Of a stretch of 64,000 nucleotides of DNA, positions 35,401 through 46,326 are shown piece by piece. Each line of letters begins with the position of its first letter. Within the stretch, counting starts at the first letter, position 1. The notes under the pieces were generated by a model. It ran no database searches and was not told the DNA's origin. It saw only the letters and a program-made list of their open reading frames with translations. Both the position numbers and the translations under genes were made by a program. The DNA is from Naegleria gruberi (lineage: Eukaryota), in the NCBI GenBank assembly GCA_000004985.1, contig GG738855.1, one strand, 5' to 3'.

Positions 35401-37154
35401 ATAACAGATTGAGGTGTTGTTGGTGTTGTGGGTGTTGATTCGTTTGGTTTTTGTTTTTTGAAAAATCTTGTAAAGAAACCCTCCTTTTTGGTTGGAGATT
35501 CTGGTGTTTTAGAGGTTGGGCTCTCCTTACCATGTGCAGATTCACTACTAGTAGTAGTGGAGCCACCAATTAACATGCAAACATCTCTCGAGAAGGAACA
35601 AGGAATTGGATCTCTCTTGATATTTCTCATAAGGTTGGTACTACTGTATTGTTTGAGTTCTAATAGGTCAATCTTGTAAGCTCTACCTGCAATGTAAATG
35701 GTAAATTGACTATCTACATGTCCCTCACGATAATACTTTTCAAGTTCTGCGTTAGCTGTCTCGTCATATTCATTCAAATTGTGATAATCATCCTCCCAAT
35801 AATATTTAGTAGCACCATAAATATATTGTGCAATTACTTTGGAATCATCAACTTCTGGGAACAAATTACTCAAGAAGTATAATATAGAATCCTGCAATAG
35901 ATTGAAACTTTCCATTACTTTCTCATTATTACCAGAAATTACATAATCTTGTTGTTGAGGATCTATCCACTTTTTGAGTGAGAGGAATAAACTTCTTCCA
36001 GAGTGGTTTGGATTTACCATTTCATTCAAAACTTTTGGAGAAGCATCTGAGTACAAATGCAAAGTACTGACGATATATCTTGATATAGTGGCAGATGCAT
36101 GAGAAATAGTATCTGTAGCTTCACTCAATTTTTCCAGCATTTGAGTTAACATGGATGTATTCGCAACTTGTGAAGCTACAGTTTCAATAATTGAAGAGTT
36201 GGATTTGCTTTCTTTTGATTTTTTAGACTTGAGAGTGCCTTTTTGAAATCTACTTCTCTCAATAATATAAGCAAAAGTGTCACAAATGATTTTAAATGTT
36301 TGTAGTGACTGTCTTGTTGAATTTACATCACCTGAAGCATTTGAAAGAATGCTATGGCTTGTTACAATATTAATTTGACGAATTAATGCATCAAGAGCGC
36401 CTGCTTGCTCAATAAAAGTGGAAAAATCTTCCTTCACTCTCATCTTTCTAAACAAGTTACAAATAGTTTTCAAAGCAGATTGTTTGATTCTGGATGAAAA
36501 CATTGGACTATCCAGACAATTCAATAAAATACCAATAAAACCTGCTTCACTGCTTCCACTTGCGTTTTCATGATCATCATTATCGTTTGATGAAACAGTA
36601 TTAAATAGAGCAGTTGGTTCTTCAATACTTATCTTGTCAAAACATTTCAAAATTTCTTCCAGCATACTTTCATTTACAAATTCTCCAAATAAATCTGTTG
36701 CACGTAAACTATTCGAATGCTCCTCTTCATCCTTTTTCGATGATTTTGAAAATTGTTTTAACAATTCTAACAATGATTCTATTGGGTGATATGAAAGCAC
36801 AGTCGGAACGCTTCTTGGAACCATCTCAAGAACAATACCAAGAGCTCTAAGAATTAAAGTTACAATTTCCCTGGTTTGATTCCATCCATTTTGAATTTCG
36901 GAAACATCTGATGATCCTTCAGAGAGTTGACTTTCTAAACTTTTAACTGATGTTACCTTTTCCTTTAGGAGAGGGATGAGAACTGATGACCAACCATAAA
37001 CATCAAATCCTTGAATAAAATCCTCCATACCAATACACAGGAAGGTACACAATTCATTGAGTGAATTTATCTTCTCCTGATCAGTAGAGAGGTTTTGAAA
37101 ATCACTAGAACTCAAACTCATAGATCCGAAACCTTCATCATAGTCTTCGTACAT
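32446..37154 (-). CDS. HECT-type E3 ubiquitin ligase, UFD4/TRIP12-like; join(37154..33509,33470..32446)
   Basis: The 1223-aa upstream ORF ends ...ILEFEYENE at a GTAAGT donor. After a 38-nt intron ending CATTAG, the sequence continues GTGLGPTRAFFDLLSRELQ..., a typical HECT N-lobe start. The C-terminus ...TCFNYLKLPAYTSLQTLKLRMETSIQLGRNTFDLS is the HECT catalytic C-lobe. Total 4671 nt = 1557 codons. Confidence 0.8.
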
Positions 37155-37337
37155 TTTTTTTTAAAGTTGAAGAATTTGATCATGTGCTAAATATTGGTGG
37201 AACAACACCATCAATAACAGCATTGAATATTACAAAAATATTATGACACATATGCACTATTACTGTTGGATAATCTGAATTTGTTTATTTTTATCTTTTT
37301 GTGTGAATCTCAATGTTGGTTGTCCTGTGTTGAAATA

Positions 37338-38170
37338 TTACAATAACATACAGAGTCCACCCTTCTTGTTGTTTTTCTTTGGTGTCATTCTACCATACAA
37401 ACTAACTCGAATGGCATCATCGAATACCTTCTTCAAACCAATTTTTGTTTTGGAAGAACATTCCACATAACCAGCTGCATCCAAAAAGTCTGCCAATTCT
37501 TGGCCTTCCTTGTATGTTACAATTTTTTCTTCTCTTGCTTCCATTTTCTTGACATAGTTCACATCATTTCTCAAATCGAGCTTGGTTCCTACCAAGATAA
37601 CATGTGCTGAAGGGCAATGCTTGCTAATTTCAGTGTGCCATTTAACCTTAGCATTGACAAATGAAGAATGTTCAACTAAGGAGAAACAAAGTAAGAAGAC
37701 GTTTGTATCAGGATAGGAGAGAGGTCTCAAACGATCATAATCCTATTGTCATTATTATTCCGTTACATATTTAAATAACTATTTTCCAAAAGATCTTTCA
37801 CATACCTCTTGACCAGCTGTTCACGAATAGTCCAATGCTTAGCAAAAAAAGACATTTTAAAAACGTACCAGTATCCCACAAAGTAAGGTTTACCTTTCTA
37901 TTATCTACGAGAACACTACAACTCTAAATTAATGTTTGTACATGTTGCTGCCCAAATTAAAAAACCTACATAATTATCGAAAACTGTTGGAACATAGTCA
38001 TTCAAAAATTCCTTTCCAGAATAGACGATTAATAGACATGTTTTACCCACGTTACCGTCGCCTTAATGTGTTCAAGATCATAATTATAATCTCCTTTATT
38101 TTTATCTGCCTTACTTACCAACAACAACAATTTTGAGAGTAGTTGCCTCACCACCAACGCTATTGGACAT
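37338..38170 (-). CDS. Rho-family small GTPase (Rac-like, CAAX CMLL); join(38170..38119,38061..37970,37923..37869,37816..37806,37742..37338)
   Basis: The spliced product is [92 protein letters not shown]...LVGTKLDL...CMLL. Five exons are separated by 57-, 46-, 52- and 63-nt introns with donors GTAAGT, GTAGGT, GTACGT and GTATGT; one exon is only 11 nt. Total 615 nt = 205 codons. Confidence 0.88.
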
Positions 38171-38311
38171 TTTTTTCTATAAAGTGAATTTTACACTCTG
38201 AAAAGGATTTTTCGATTGTTGTTCGTTAAGATATAATGATAGTGTGTGATAAGGATCTCAGCAATAGATCAACATTAACAAGCATATTCTTGAATATATT
38301 GAATTGTGAAA

Positions 38312-39184
38312 TTAGTAAGTTGGGTTCCAATTAGCAATCTTGGCAATGAGAGGTTCTGAAAACCCAAAGATATGTAACAATGACATGATAAGTAATACAA
38401 AAAGTAAAACCCAAACAAAAATTTGGCAAAAACCTATTCCGTCAGTTCTTGGTTCTCTGTTTTGCTTACTTAGATTTTGTTCGAGCCATTCATCCAAAAT
38501 TTCTTTGATTTTTTCAGTGGTATCTGGTTTTTCCTGAAAGCTTTTCTCTTCCATTTTTGGCACAACTTGTGTTGAGGTAGTGCTGAGAATATCAGAGTTT
38601 GATTCTTTCATTTCCCTGATAAGCATACTATCCATTTTTTGAATTTCATCCTTTGTCTCATCAAATCTGTCTCTGATTTGACCAATTTCTTGTTGTAATG
38701 TTTGACTTCCTTTTAATTCATCATCCAATAATTTTCTCACTGTATTGTGACTACTCTCAATAGAGGATAATCCCTCCTTTATCCTAGCAATATTTTGTTC
38801 TACGTGTTCTTGTATTTTAGGATTAGAGAATGATTTTGTAGATTTAGATGAAGAATTTAGGTAACCAACAATGAGAGTTCTTGGTGTTAGTAATTCCGAT
38901 GCAGGAGTGAAATCTAGTAGCGAAGATTTTTTGGTTGGTAGTGAAAATCGTTGTTTGTTGTTGTTTTTTGTAGTGGTGGCACCGTTACGTGGTGAATTAA
39001 TTGATGAAGAAGGGGTTGTGCTTTCCATTTCTTCTAAAGATGACGTCCCTTGTGTGGAGTCTTGTTGAATTTTTGTTTGGTTTGATGCTGCATTATTGGC
39101 TTCTGAATTTGTCACTTCCCTCTCTGTTTCTGTTGGTGATGCTTGACGAAATTGTTGGTTATGCTTGTTTATCTTTTTTGTCAT
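38312..39184 (-). CDS. Hypothetical tail-anchored coiled-coil membrane protein (possibly SNARE-like)
   Basis: 290 aa with an S/T/N-rich N-terminus, a predicted coiled-coil (LQQEIGQIRDRFDETKDEIQKMDSMLIREMKE) and a single hydrophobic helix close to the C-terminus (FCQIFVWVLLFVLLIMSLLHIFGF). No family recognised with confidence. Confidence 0.4.
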   Translation of the reverse strand: MTKKINKHNQQFRQASPTETEREVTNSEANNAASNQTKIQQDSTQGTSSLEEMESTTPSSSINSPRNGATTTKNNNKQRFSLPTKKSSLLDFTPASELLTPRTLIVGYLNSSSKSTKSFSNPKIQEHVEQNIARIKEGLSSIESSHNTVRKLLDDELKGSQTLQQEIGQIRDRFDETKDEIQKMDSMLIREMKESNSDILSTTSTQVVPKMEEKSFQEKPDTTEKIKEILDEWLEQNLSKQNREPRTDGIGFCQIFVWVLLFVLLIMSLLHIFGFSEPLIAKIANWNPTY

Positions 39185-39256
39185 TTTTTCAAACTGTAAT
39201 TGGACAATTGAGCGCCAAATGATTGCTTACTCATCAGATTATTAATTTACAAATCA

Positions 39257-40603
39257 TTAATGTTTAATATTTGATTTCTTTTTCTTTTTTGCTTGTTGTT
39301 GACTCATGACAGCATCCATAGATTCCTTAATCATTGTTAGATTCTTCTCTACTTTGGATTTAGACATGTCTGCACCAATATCAGAGGACAATCCTTCCAA
39401 AAAATTGTCCAGTTTCATCTTGTTTCTTTTCAGATCACAAAGTGCTGCTAATGATTTTGGATCCATTCCTCTTGCATATTCTCTTCCTATATTTCTATTG
39501 ACTGCTTTTAGATCCAATTGAGATGCACTTGCTTGCTTTTTCTTATACTCGGCCATAAGTTGCATTGTTGATGTTTTCATTGACTCGTCAAGACCAAGCG
39601 TTTCTTCGTACTCAAACAGGTGATTATCAAAAGTTGGATTATTCTTTAAGGTTTTTCTGTGCTCTGTGAATTTTTGAAATGCATTAACAAGTCTGCAAGG
39701 TGCCACCTCAGGTAATTTGGAACAGGATGCAGCCCTAGTGGTAGAGAATGAGATACGCGAATCCTTCCTCTTTAAAAATTCAGGTTCAGGAGGTGACAGG
39801 AATCTGCTAGAGCTGTTTGTTGAGCCAGCACTGGTGTGAAACCCATTCTCAGTCATGGAAATATCAAATGTTGTTGAGCTTGAGGATCTCAGTATAGGCT
39901 TTCTCACATGAGGCAAAGTTGGTCCAGTATTACAAATGGAATTACTTGTGGAGAATAGAGCCTCTGCACTTCTTGAATGTTTCAATTCGCTTTTTCTGGC
40001 AATGAGAGGTGTCTTGGCAGGAGGAGAAATTGCCCTTGGTGACTGTGACAGAGAAGAGAGGGCAGAGGAAGGTTCTGATATTACAACTCTCGATTGAATA
40101 AAGGAAGTTGAAGAATTGTTCTGAAATGAGACCTTCTTTGCCAGTGCCTTTTGATTATAAGATGATGGGGATGTATTCGTTGTGATGTAGCTAGACTCCA
40201 TACAAGTTGTGATGGAAATAGTCGAGTTTTTATCATGGTGGTGGAGTGGTTGAAGTGTTGGTGGTGGATGAATGAGGATACCACTGTTGTCAATGCTGTA
40301 TAGAGGGGACGATCCCACAGAGAGTGAACTGTGCGATCTTTCCGAAGATGATTGAGGTGAAGTTTGTGGTAATTTTACAGCTGAGAGAGAGTAACTGGAA
40401 GAGATGGAGAGTGGAGAAGGTGGTGATTGCTTCTTAACTTTCTTATCTGTGGAATTAAGCTTGATAGGGGTTAGAACAGGTGATGATGATAATCGTTGTC
40501 GCAAAAAGATATCATCTGAAAGGACAGAACTTGGAGATGGTGTAGCCTCAAACCCAATGTGAGAAGTTGTTGGAGGAGTCCTTAATGATATTTCACTGCT
40601 CAT
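39257..40603 (-). CDS. Hypothetical serine-rich protein
   Basis: The long minus-strand ORF (467 aa from the alternative start, about 449 aa from ATG at 40603) is dominated by S/T/P low complexity. The more complex C-terminal 100 aa (EYKKKQASASQLDLKAVNRNIGREYARGMDPKSLAALCDLKRNKMKLDNFLEG) is not assignable by eye. Confidence 0.4.
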   Translation of the reverse strand: MSSEISLRTPPTTSHIGFEATPSPSSVLSDDIFLRQRLSSSPVLTPIKLNSTDKKVKKQSPPSPLSISSSYSLSAVKLPQTSPQSSSERSHSSLSVGSSPLYSIDNSGILIHPPPTLQPLHHHDKNSTISITTCMESSYITTNTSPSSYNQKALAKKVSFQNNSSTSFIQSRVVISEPSSALSSLSQSPRAISPPAKTPLIARKSELKHSRSAEALFSTSNSICNTGPTLPHVRKPILRSSSSTTFDISMTENGFHTSAGSTNSSSRFLSPPEPEFLKRKDSRISFSTTRAASCSKLPEVAPCRLVNAFQKFTEHRKTLKNNPTFDNHLFEYEETLGLDESMKTSTMQLMAEYKKKQASASQLDLKAVNRNIGREYARGMDPKSLAALCDLKRNKMKLDNFLEGLSSDIGADMSKSKVEKNLTMIKESMDAVMSQQQAKKKKKSNIKH

Positions 40604-41640
40604 GGAATATTTTAATAACAATAATTTAATATAAAGGAGATGATGAGTTGTTGAGTTCAATCACCATATGATAACACTCAATGAGCGACCAGGATAAGCA
40701 GTATTGGATGTTAAGAAGGTAATTGAGTCAATTTTTATAATAGTTAACCTGCTTCATGAAAATGTGGCGGCTCCCTATTTGGATAGTGAAAATATGGTGT
40801 TTTTGTTGCCTGTTCAATATTTATTAGGAGCGAGATAAAGAAATGTCTAATAAATCTTGGGTGGATGCAATTTATGTCACGTCCCTTAATAGTTATATGC
40901 TAGACATATTAGTTGTTTGAGTTCGTGGAGAAAGTTTCAGTCATTTTGGTGCATTCCTATTGTTCCAGTTATTGAATCTGTATTTTGATCGAACATTTAG
41001 ATTCCATCATTGGATTCACAATAGTGTCTTTTTCAAAGAACTTGAAAGGTGTAGATTGAACTTGAAGTGATAGGACAATAATGAGAGCAACCTCAAATTG
41101 ACCAAAGATTTTTCTAGTGTCCAATAATTTTGATTAGTTTCCATTTTAAAGATAAGATACATTAAAAACCTTTACAACTATCTCTAATATACATATTTCT
41201 CAATTTATTCTTGCAATCTTCAAGTGTTTCTTCTCTTGATACTATGGAAACAAAATATAACGTTTTGTAATCCATACTGTAGTTAACATGGCTTCATCAT
41301 TTCTAGCGCGGTGAATTTCATTGAACTAGACCATCCAATTCGATAATGGTTGCAAACAATAGTTTCTAATATCGTTCCATTTCACAATTTAAAAACATCA
41401 TTTCACACAACTAATAATGTAATAGAATAAAAGTCGAAACCCTCTTGAACTAGAGAGTAACCTTCATTGATGACTACAAGTATGAGATGAGACTAGATAC
41501 TTGCCTTGAAATTAATTAAAGCTCCTCCACATTCTGGAGTCATGGAGAACCAACACAAAAAAAAACTTCCAATCAAATACCTATTTGAATCTATTTGAAG
41601 AGATTATCATCACTGTGTGTTATCTATTTTTCAAAAAACA

Positions 41641-44600
41641 ATGATGATGATGATGACTACGATGGGAGATAACAACAAACATTCACCGACATTCAAGTTG
41701 GTTGTGCTGATGATTCTTGCTGCAACAGTATTGTTATCATGTGCAGTAGTAGAGGCTTCAAGTAGTAATGGCATTCCTTTCCTTTCCATGATTCATGAGG
41801 AGAATAGAGTGAGCGAAGCAGAAAAAGATAACGGAGGTATTTTCGAATTGACCTTTGCTAATAATCTTTTTAATAATAAGAATCGTTTAAATACTTTAAT
41901 GTTGAGAAGAGAATTGACAAATAGTAGAGAATCAGTTGAACCATATACTCAATTTATTATCAAGTTGAAGGATAATGTTACATCAAGAAAGAGAATGAAT
42001 AGCCAAGTTCAACAATTGATTTCGGGTGCTGTTCCTTTGGGTTCCTCTCAGATCATGTCAGTTGTTGCACGTACATCAGAAATTATTGATCATGTAGGTG
42101 AACAAGATCATCATACCATTGAATGGATTGGAGAATATGAAACTAGATTCAAGTCAAGTCTTCATTTTGCTAAAATGCAAGAACTCGCTAGAAAGGAAGA
42201 AAATCCAGTTAACTCTGATTTGATGGACTTTGTCATTTCAACAATTCCATCCATTGATGCTGTTTCTAAAGGAAGTGAATTGAATGAATTGGAACAAGTT
42301 GCAAAGAAATTGAACAGTCAAATAGGATCACTTTTTGATGTCACTCAATTCTCTCCAATTCAAGTCGTAGATAGAGAAAAGATGCAAATTTCCTTCTCTC
42401 CTCTTATTGCTAAACAAATTTCTGATATTATTTTGGAAAATCCACATGTTCACTTTGTAGATAGAAAGCCAATTTATTCTTTATTTAACAAGGAAGGATC
42501 AATTTCTATGCAATCAGTTTCTCCAACTCAACCACAATCAACTCCATTCTATGATATGGGTATTTATGGAAATGATCAAGTTGTTGCAGTTTCTGATACT
42601 GGTATCGATTGGGATCACTGTTTTTATTCTGATGCAAACATTACTAAAATTGCTACCAACACTGTTTATGCTAATCATAGAAAGATTGTAGAATATAGAA
42701 CTGTTACAGTTTCTAATGGCAATTCTGGTCTTGTTACTTCTGATGGACAAGATGGAATTGACGGCCATGGTACACACGTAAGTTATTTCATTGTTTGATG
42801 ATTTTTTAATTTCAAAATTTACAGGTTGTTGGAAGCGTTGCTGGTTCTATTCAATCACCAATTACAGCTGATCAACAAGCTATTAACAATTATCATGGTA
42901 TGGCTCCAAATGCCAGAATTCACTTTACTGATATTCAAAAAACAGGCAGTAGTGCACTCTTGATTCCAGCTTCGTTGACCAGTATTTTTGAGCCAGCTTA
43001 CAAATTGAATGCTAGAATTTTCTCTAATTCCTGGGGTGCTGCACCAAATAATCTCATTGCTTGTGATTATGACTGTGTAAATTGTAGATGGGCTGTTTCT
43101 GTATCTGTCTATCGTAAAGGTCAACCAGTTTATGATTCTGATTGCAAATACTTGTTCGGCAGTCAAACTTGTTGTTCAATTGTTAATAAGTATGATTCTC
43201 AATGTAGAGATATCGACACCTTTTTGTGGAATAATCAAGATGCTATCATTCTCTTTGCTCAAGGTAACTCTGGTAGAATTTCTTCAAAGGAAAATATTGG
43301 AAGTCCAGCAACTTCAAAGAATGGTGTTTCTATTGGTGCTTCCAAAACTTCAAACAGTGCCTTTATTGATTCAGTTCAATATGAAGATATGATGCACAGA
43401 ATCAAAGAAGCAGGTCTTTCCTTCACTTCCCCAGAACAATGTTGCTCTTACACTGGTAGTAATGCTGATGCCATTCGTGCTTTCTGTTGTTCAGCCACTA
43501 TGAAGGATAAATATTCCAGTAATCCAAGTTATTTCAATGCTGACAATTTAGCTTCTTTCAGTAGTAGAGGTCCAGCTATTGGTGATAGAATCAAACCAGA
43601 CGTTAGTGGTATTGGTGATAATGTTGTATCAGGTCACAGTGATGGTGATACTACCACTTATCAATGCTCAAATATTTCACCAAATTTGTATAACAGAGCT
43701 GCTTTAATGGTAAGTTTTAATTATATAGTTCATAGTGAATTAATATTTGAATTTTTAATAGACAAATCAAGGTACTAGGTAAGTCATTCATTGAATGATT
43801 ATTTTTAATCGACCTCTTAATTTTCACAATTTTTATAATTTTTGTAAATCTTATTAAATAGTATGGCAACACCATTGACAGGTAAGTAATAATTATTATT
43901 ACTTTTTATTAATATATTGAAAAATACACAGCTGGTGGTCTTGCATTGTTGAGAGAATATTTACAAAAGAAGATGGGTATTTCTAACCCATCTGGTCCGC
44001 TTTTGAAGGCTGCTCTTGTTCACAGCTCAATTCCACTCTCTGGAAGTGTTGCTAAAAGCACTGATGAATCTAGTAGAATTTTGATTTCATCAATGGGTAA
44101 CCCTAATTCCTATGAAGGTCATGGTAGAGTTTATCTTGGAAGTTTATTAAAGAGTGGCAACAATTCAACTGTCAACTTGACACTTATTGAGAAGACTTTC
44201 ACATCATCAAATGAAAAACATAGCCGGTGTTTAAAGATGAAGAGCGGTATTTCCTCATCATCATTTGCCAGTACTGTTGCTTGGTACGATTATCCTAGCT
44301 CAGTATCTGTCGTTCCTTCACTTGTTCAAGATATGGATTTGATTGTTAATATTTATGAAAAGAATGGTGACAAGATTCAATCATTGAAGGTTATTCCTGG
44401 TAATATGCAAGACGCATACGATACCAAAAATAATGTTGAAAAGGTTCTTATCAACTCTATTACAAACGCTGGAACCAATCCTCTTTATGTTACTGTTTCA
44501 GTTAAATTCAAAACATTGACACTCTCAAATCAACCATATGCTTTAGTGTTCAGTTATCCAAGTGGTGATTTTGAATCAGTAGATGCCTCTTCATGTTATT

Positions 44601-44809
44601 ATAGTGAAGAATTGCCATCATCTTACATTGGTATTATTATTGGTGTATCTCTTGGTGTCATTGTATTATTATTGATTGTTTCTGTAATTGTTGGATCAAT
44701 TCTTTTCAAACTTTGTACTAGACGTAAACAACACCAACAACACACTGATTTGGATGCTGGAGCTGGCAACTACTATTATTATGGTAATAATGCTGGAACA
44801 GGTTATTAA
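41641..44809 (+). CDS. Subtilisin-like serine protease (peptidase S8), signal peptide and C-terminal transmembrane anchor; join(41641..42777,42825..43709,43762..43778,43862..43881,43932..44809)
   Basis: The catalytic triad is seen directly: D in VAVSDTGIDWDH, H in DGHGTHV (split by a 47-nt intron right after HGTH), and S in GTSMATP. The Ser motif is encoded across two micro-exons of 17 and 20 nt, giving ALM|TNQGTS|MATPLT|AGGLALLREY. There is an N-terminal signal/TM and a C-terminal TM helix IIIGVSLGVIVLLLIVSVIVGSILF. Total 2937 nt = 979 codons. Confidence 0.8.
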
Positions 44810-44866
44810 TTTATTGAAATAAATTTATTTATTGTTACAAGTAAAAAACACAAGCAGAAATATCAT

Positions 44867-46150
44867 TTAATCAAATATCTCTTTAATAACCTGGTGGACG
44901 TTTAACTCATCTAGAGTGGCAGGTTTGAATTTTGGTTTTTGATCTTTGTCAACTAAAACAGCTCTAACACCTTCCACAAAATCATGTTGCCCAACCAATT
45001 TGGTACACAGTAACTTATCCAAATCAAGAACTTGTTTCAAAGAGCTTGCCTTTCTTCCTCTCTCAAGTGCCTCGAAGGTAACTACAAGAGAAGTAGGGCT
45101 AGCTCTCTTTGAGAATAATTCCAATATAGAATCAATAAATTCATTATCTGATTGACTTCTACATGGATGATGTTCCTTATACCATTTGAGATTTGAAATT
45201 ATTTCCTTAACAGATTGAGCCTCTCCAAAACAGTAATCAATAACACGTCTAAAACGATCAACCTGACCCAATGTTGAATTGAGTACTGTATTGCCTTTCT
45301 TTTCATAAATTTGAATGAATTTTTCCAATTGTTTTTCCAAGTTAGATTCATTTTCTGTTGGAATAAACTTTTCAAATAAATCTCTTCTCAATTCATAGAA
45401 AACTTCCTCATTATCAATAACATTAGTTACCAATTTTGAGAAGAGTGAATCTGTAGCACCCAATTTTGCACCGGTCAATCCAATATATCTAGCAATTCCA
45501 ATTGATGAACAAGCTCTAGTAAGGAAGAAGGAGGCTCCAATATCAGGATAAATTCCAATAAACACTTCAGGCATTGCAAATTGGAATCTCTTCCTATTGG
45601 CCACTCTCAAATTTGTATAAATTGAAATTCCAACACCACCACCCATTGTAATACCATTCAACATGGAAACAATTGGTTTTACTTTACAAAATTCATGAAT
45701 ATAATAATTCAATGAAAACTCCTCGGTGAAGAATTGTTGGGCATATTCAAATCCCCTTCTCAAATCCTTGATATCACCCCCAGCACAGAAAGCCTTATCA
45801 CTAGCACTCTGCAATATCACAAAGTGTACTTTTGTATCGGAGAGAGCTTGCTCTAGAATCCTTCTCAAGGATCGGATCATGGAGAGTGAGAGTGCATTGA
45901 AACTCTTTGGTCTATTCAATGTAATGCACAGACAATGATTGTCTGGATTGTATTGGGAGAGTACATGATCATTGTCATCTTTTGAAGTTTGATTCATTAC
46001 CAATATTACATCATCATTGCAACAAATAGGCCTAGATGAATTTAGCATCATGTGAGCATGGTTAATGTTATTATTATTATTTGAAGGGAAGAGATGACCA
46101 AGAATCCTCTGGGTGCGAAGTGTTGATAATGATTGTTGTGTTGAGGACAT
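44867..46150 (-). CDS. HIBCH: 3-hydroxyisobutyryl-CoA hydrolase (HIBCH; enoyl-CoA hydratase/isomerase superfamily), mitochondrial
   Basis: 427-aa single ORF with crotonase-fold motifs (FCAGGDIKDL, GITMGGGVGISIYTNLRVANRKRFQFAMPEVFIGIYPDIGASFFL) and an N-terminal presequence. Confidence 0.8.
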   Translation of the reverse strand: MSSTQQSLSTLRTQRILGHLFPSNNNNNINHAHMMLNSSRPICCNDDVILVMNQTSKDDNDHVLSQYNPDNHCLCITLNRPKSFNALSLSMIRSLRRILEQALSDTKVHFVILQSASDKAFCAGGDIKDLRRGFEYAQQFFTEEFSLNYYIHEFCKVKPIVSMLNGITMGGGVGISIYTNLRVANRKRFQFAMPEVFIGIYPDIGASFFLTRACSSIGIARYIGLTGAKLGATDSLFSKLVTNVIDNEEVFYELRRDLFEKFIPTENESNLEKQLEKFIQIYEKKGNTVLNSTLGQVDRFRRVIDYCFGEAQSVKEIISNLKWYKEHHPCRSQSDNEFIDSILELFSKRASPTSLVVTFEALERGRKASSLKQVLDLDKLLCTKLVGQHDFVEGVRAVLVDKDQKPKFKPATLDELNVHQVIKEIFD

Positions 46151-46326
46151 TTTTTCGGACTTGGGGAAAATTGATAAGTCAACCGAGGAAAATTCAAAAT
46201 AATTAATTTATTAATTTAAATAATGCAAATTAATAAGTCATGTATGTATTTATAAAGTGCATTTTCGAAATGTTATTGTTAATTCATAGTTGGTTTTCAA
46301 AATAATTATTAAAAGAATTAAAAAAA

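Noticed and set aside
40661-41640. tRNA or other structured RNA genes in intergenic spacers
   Set aside because: Scanning by eye for A-box/B-box (GGTTCGANTCC-like) signatures in this and other spacers found nothing convincing. A covariance-model scan would be needed to exclude them.
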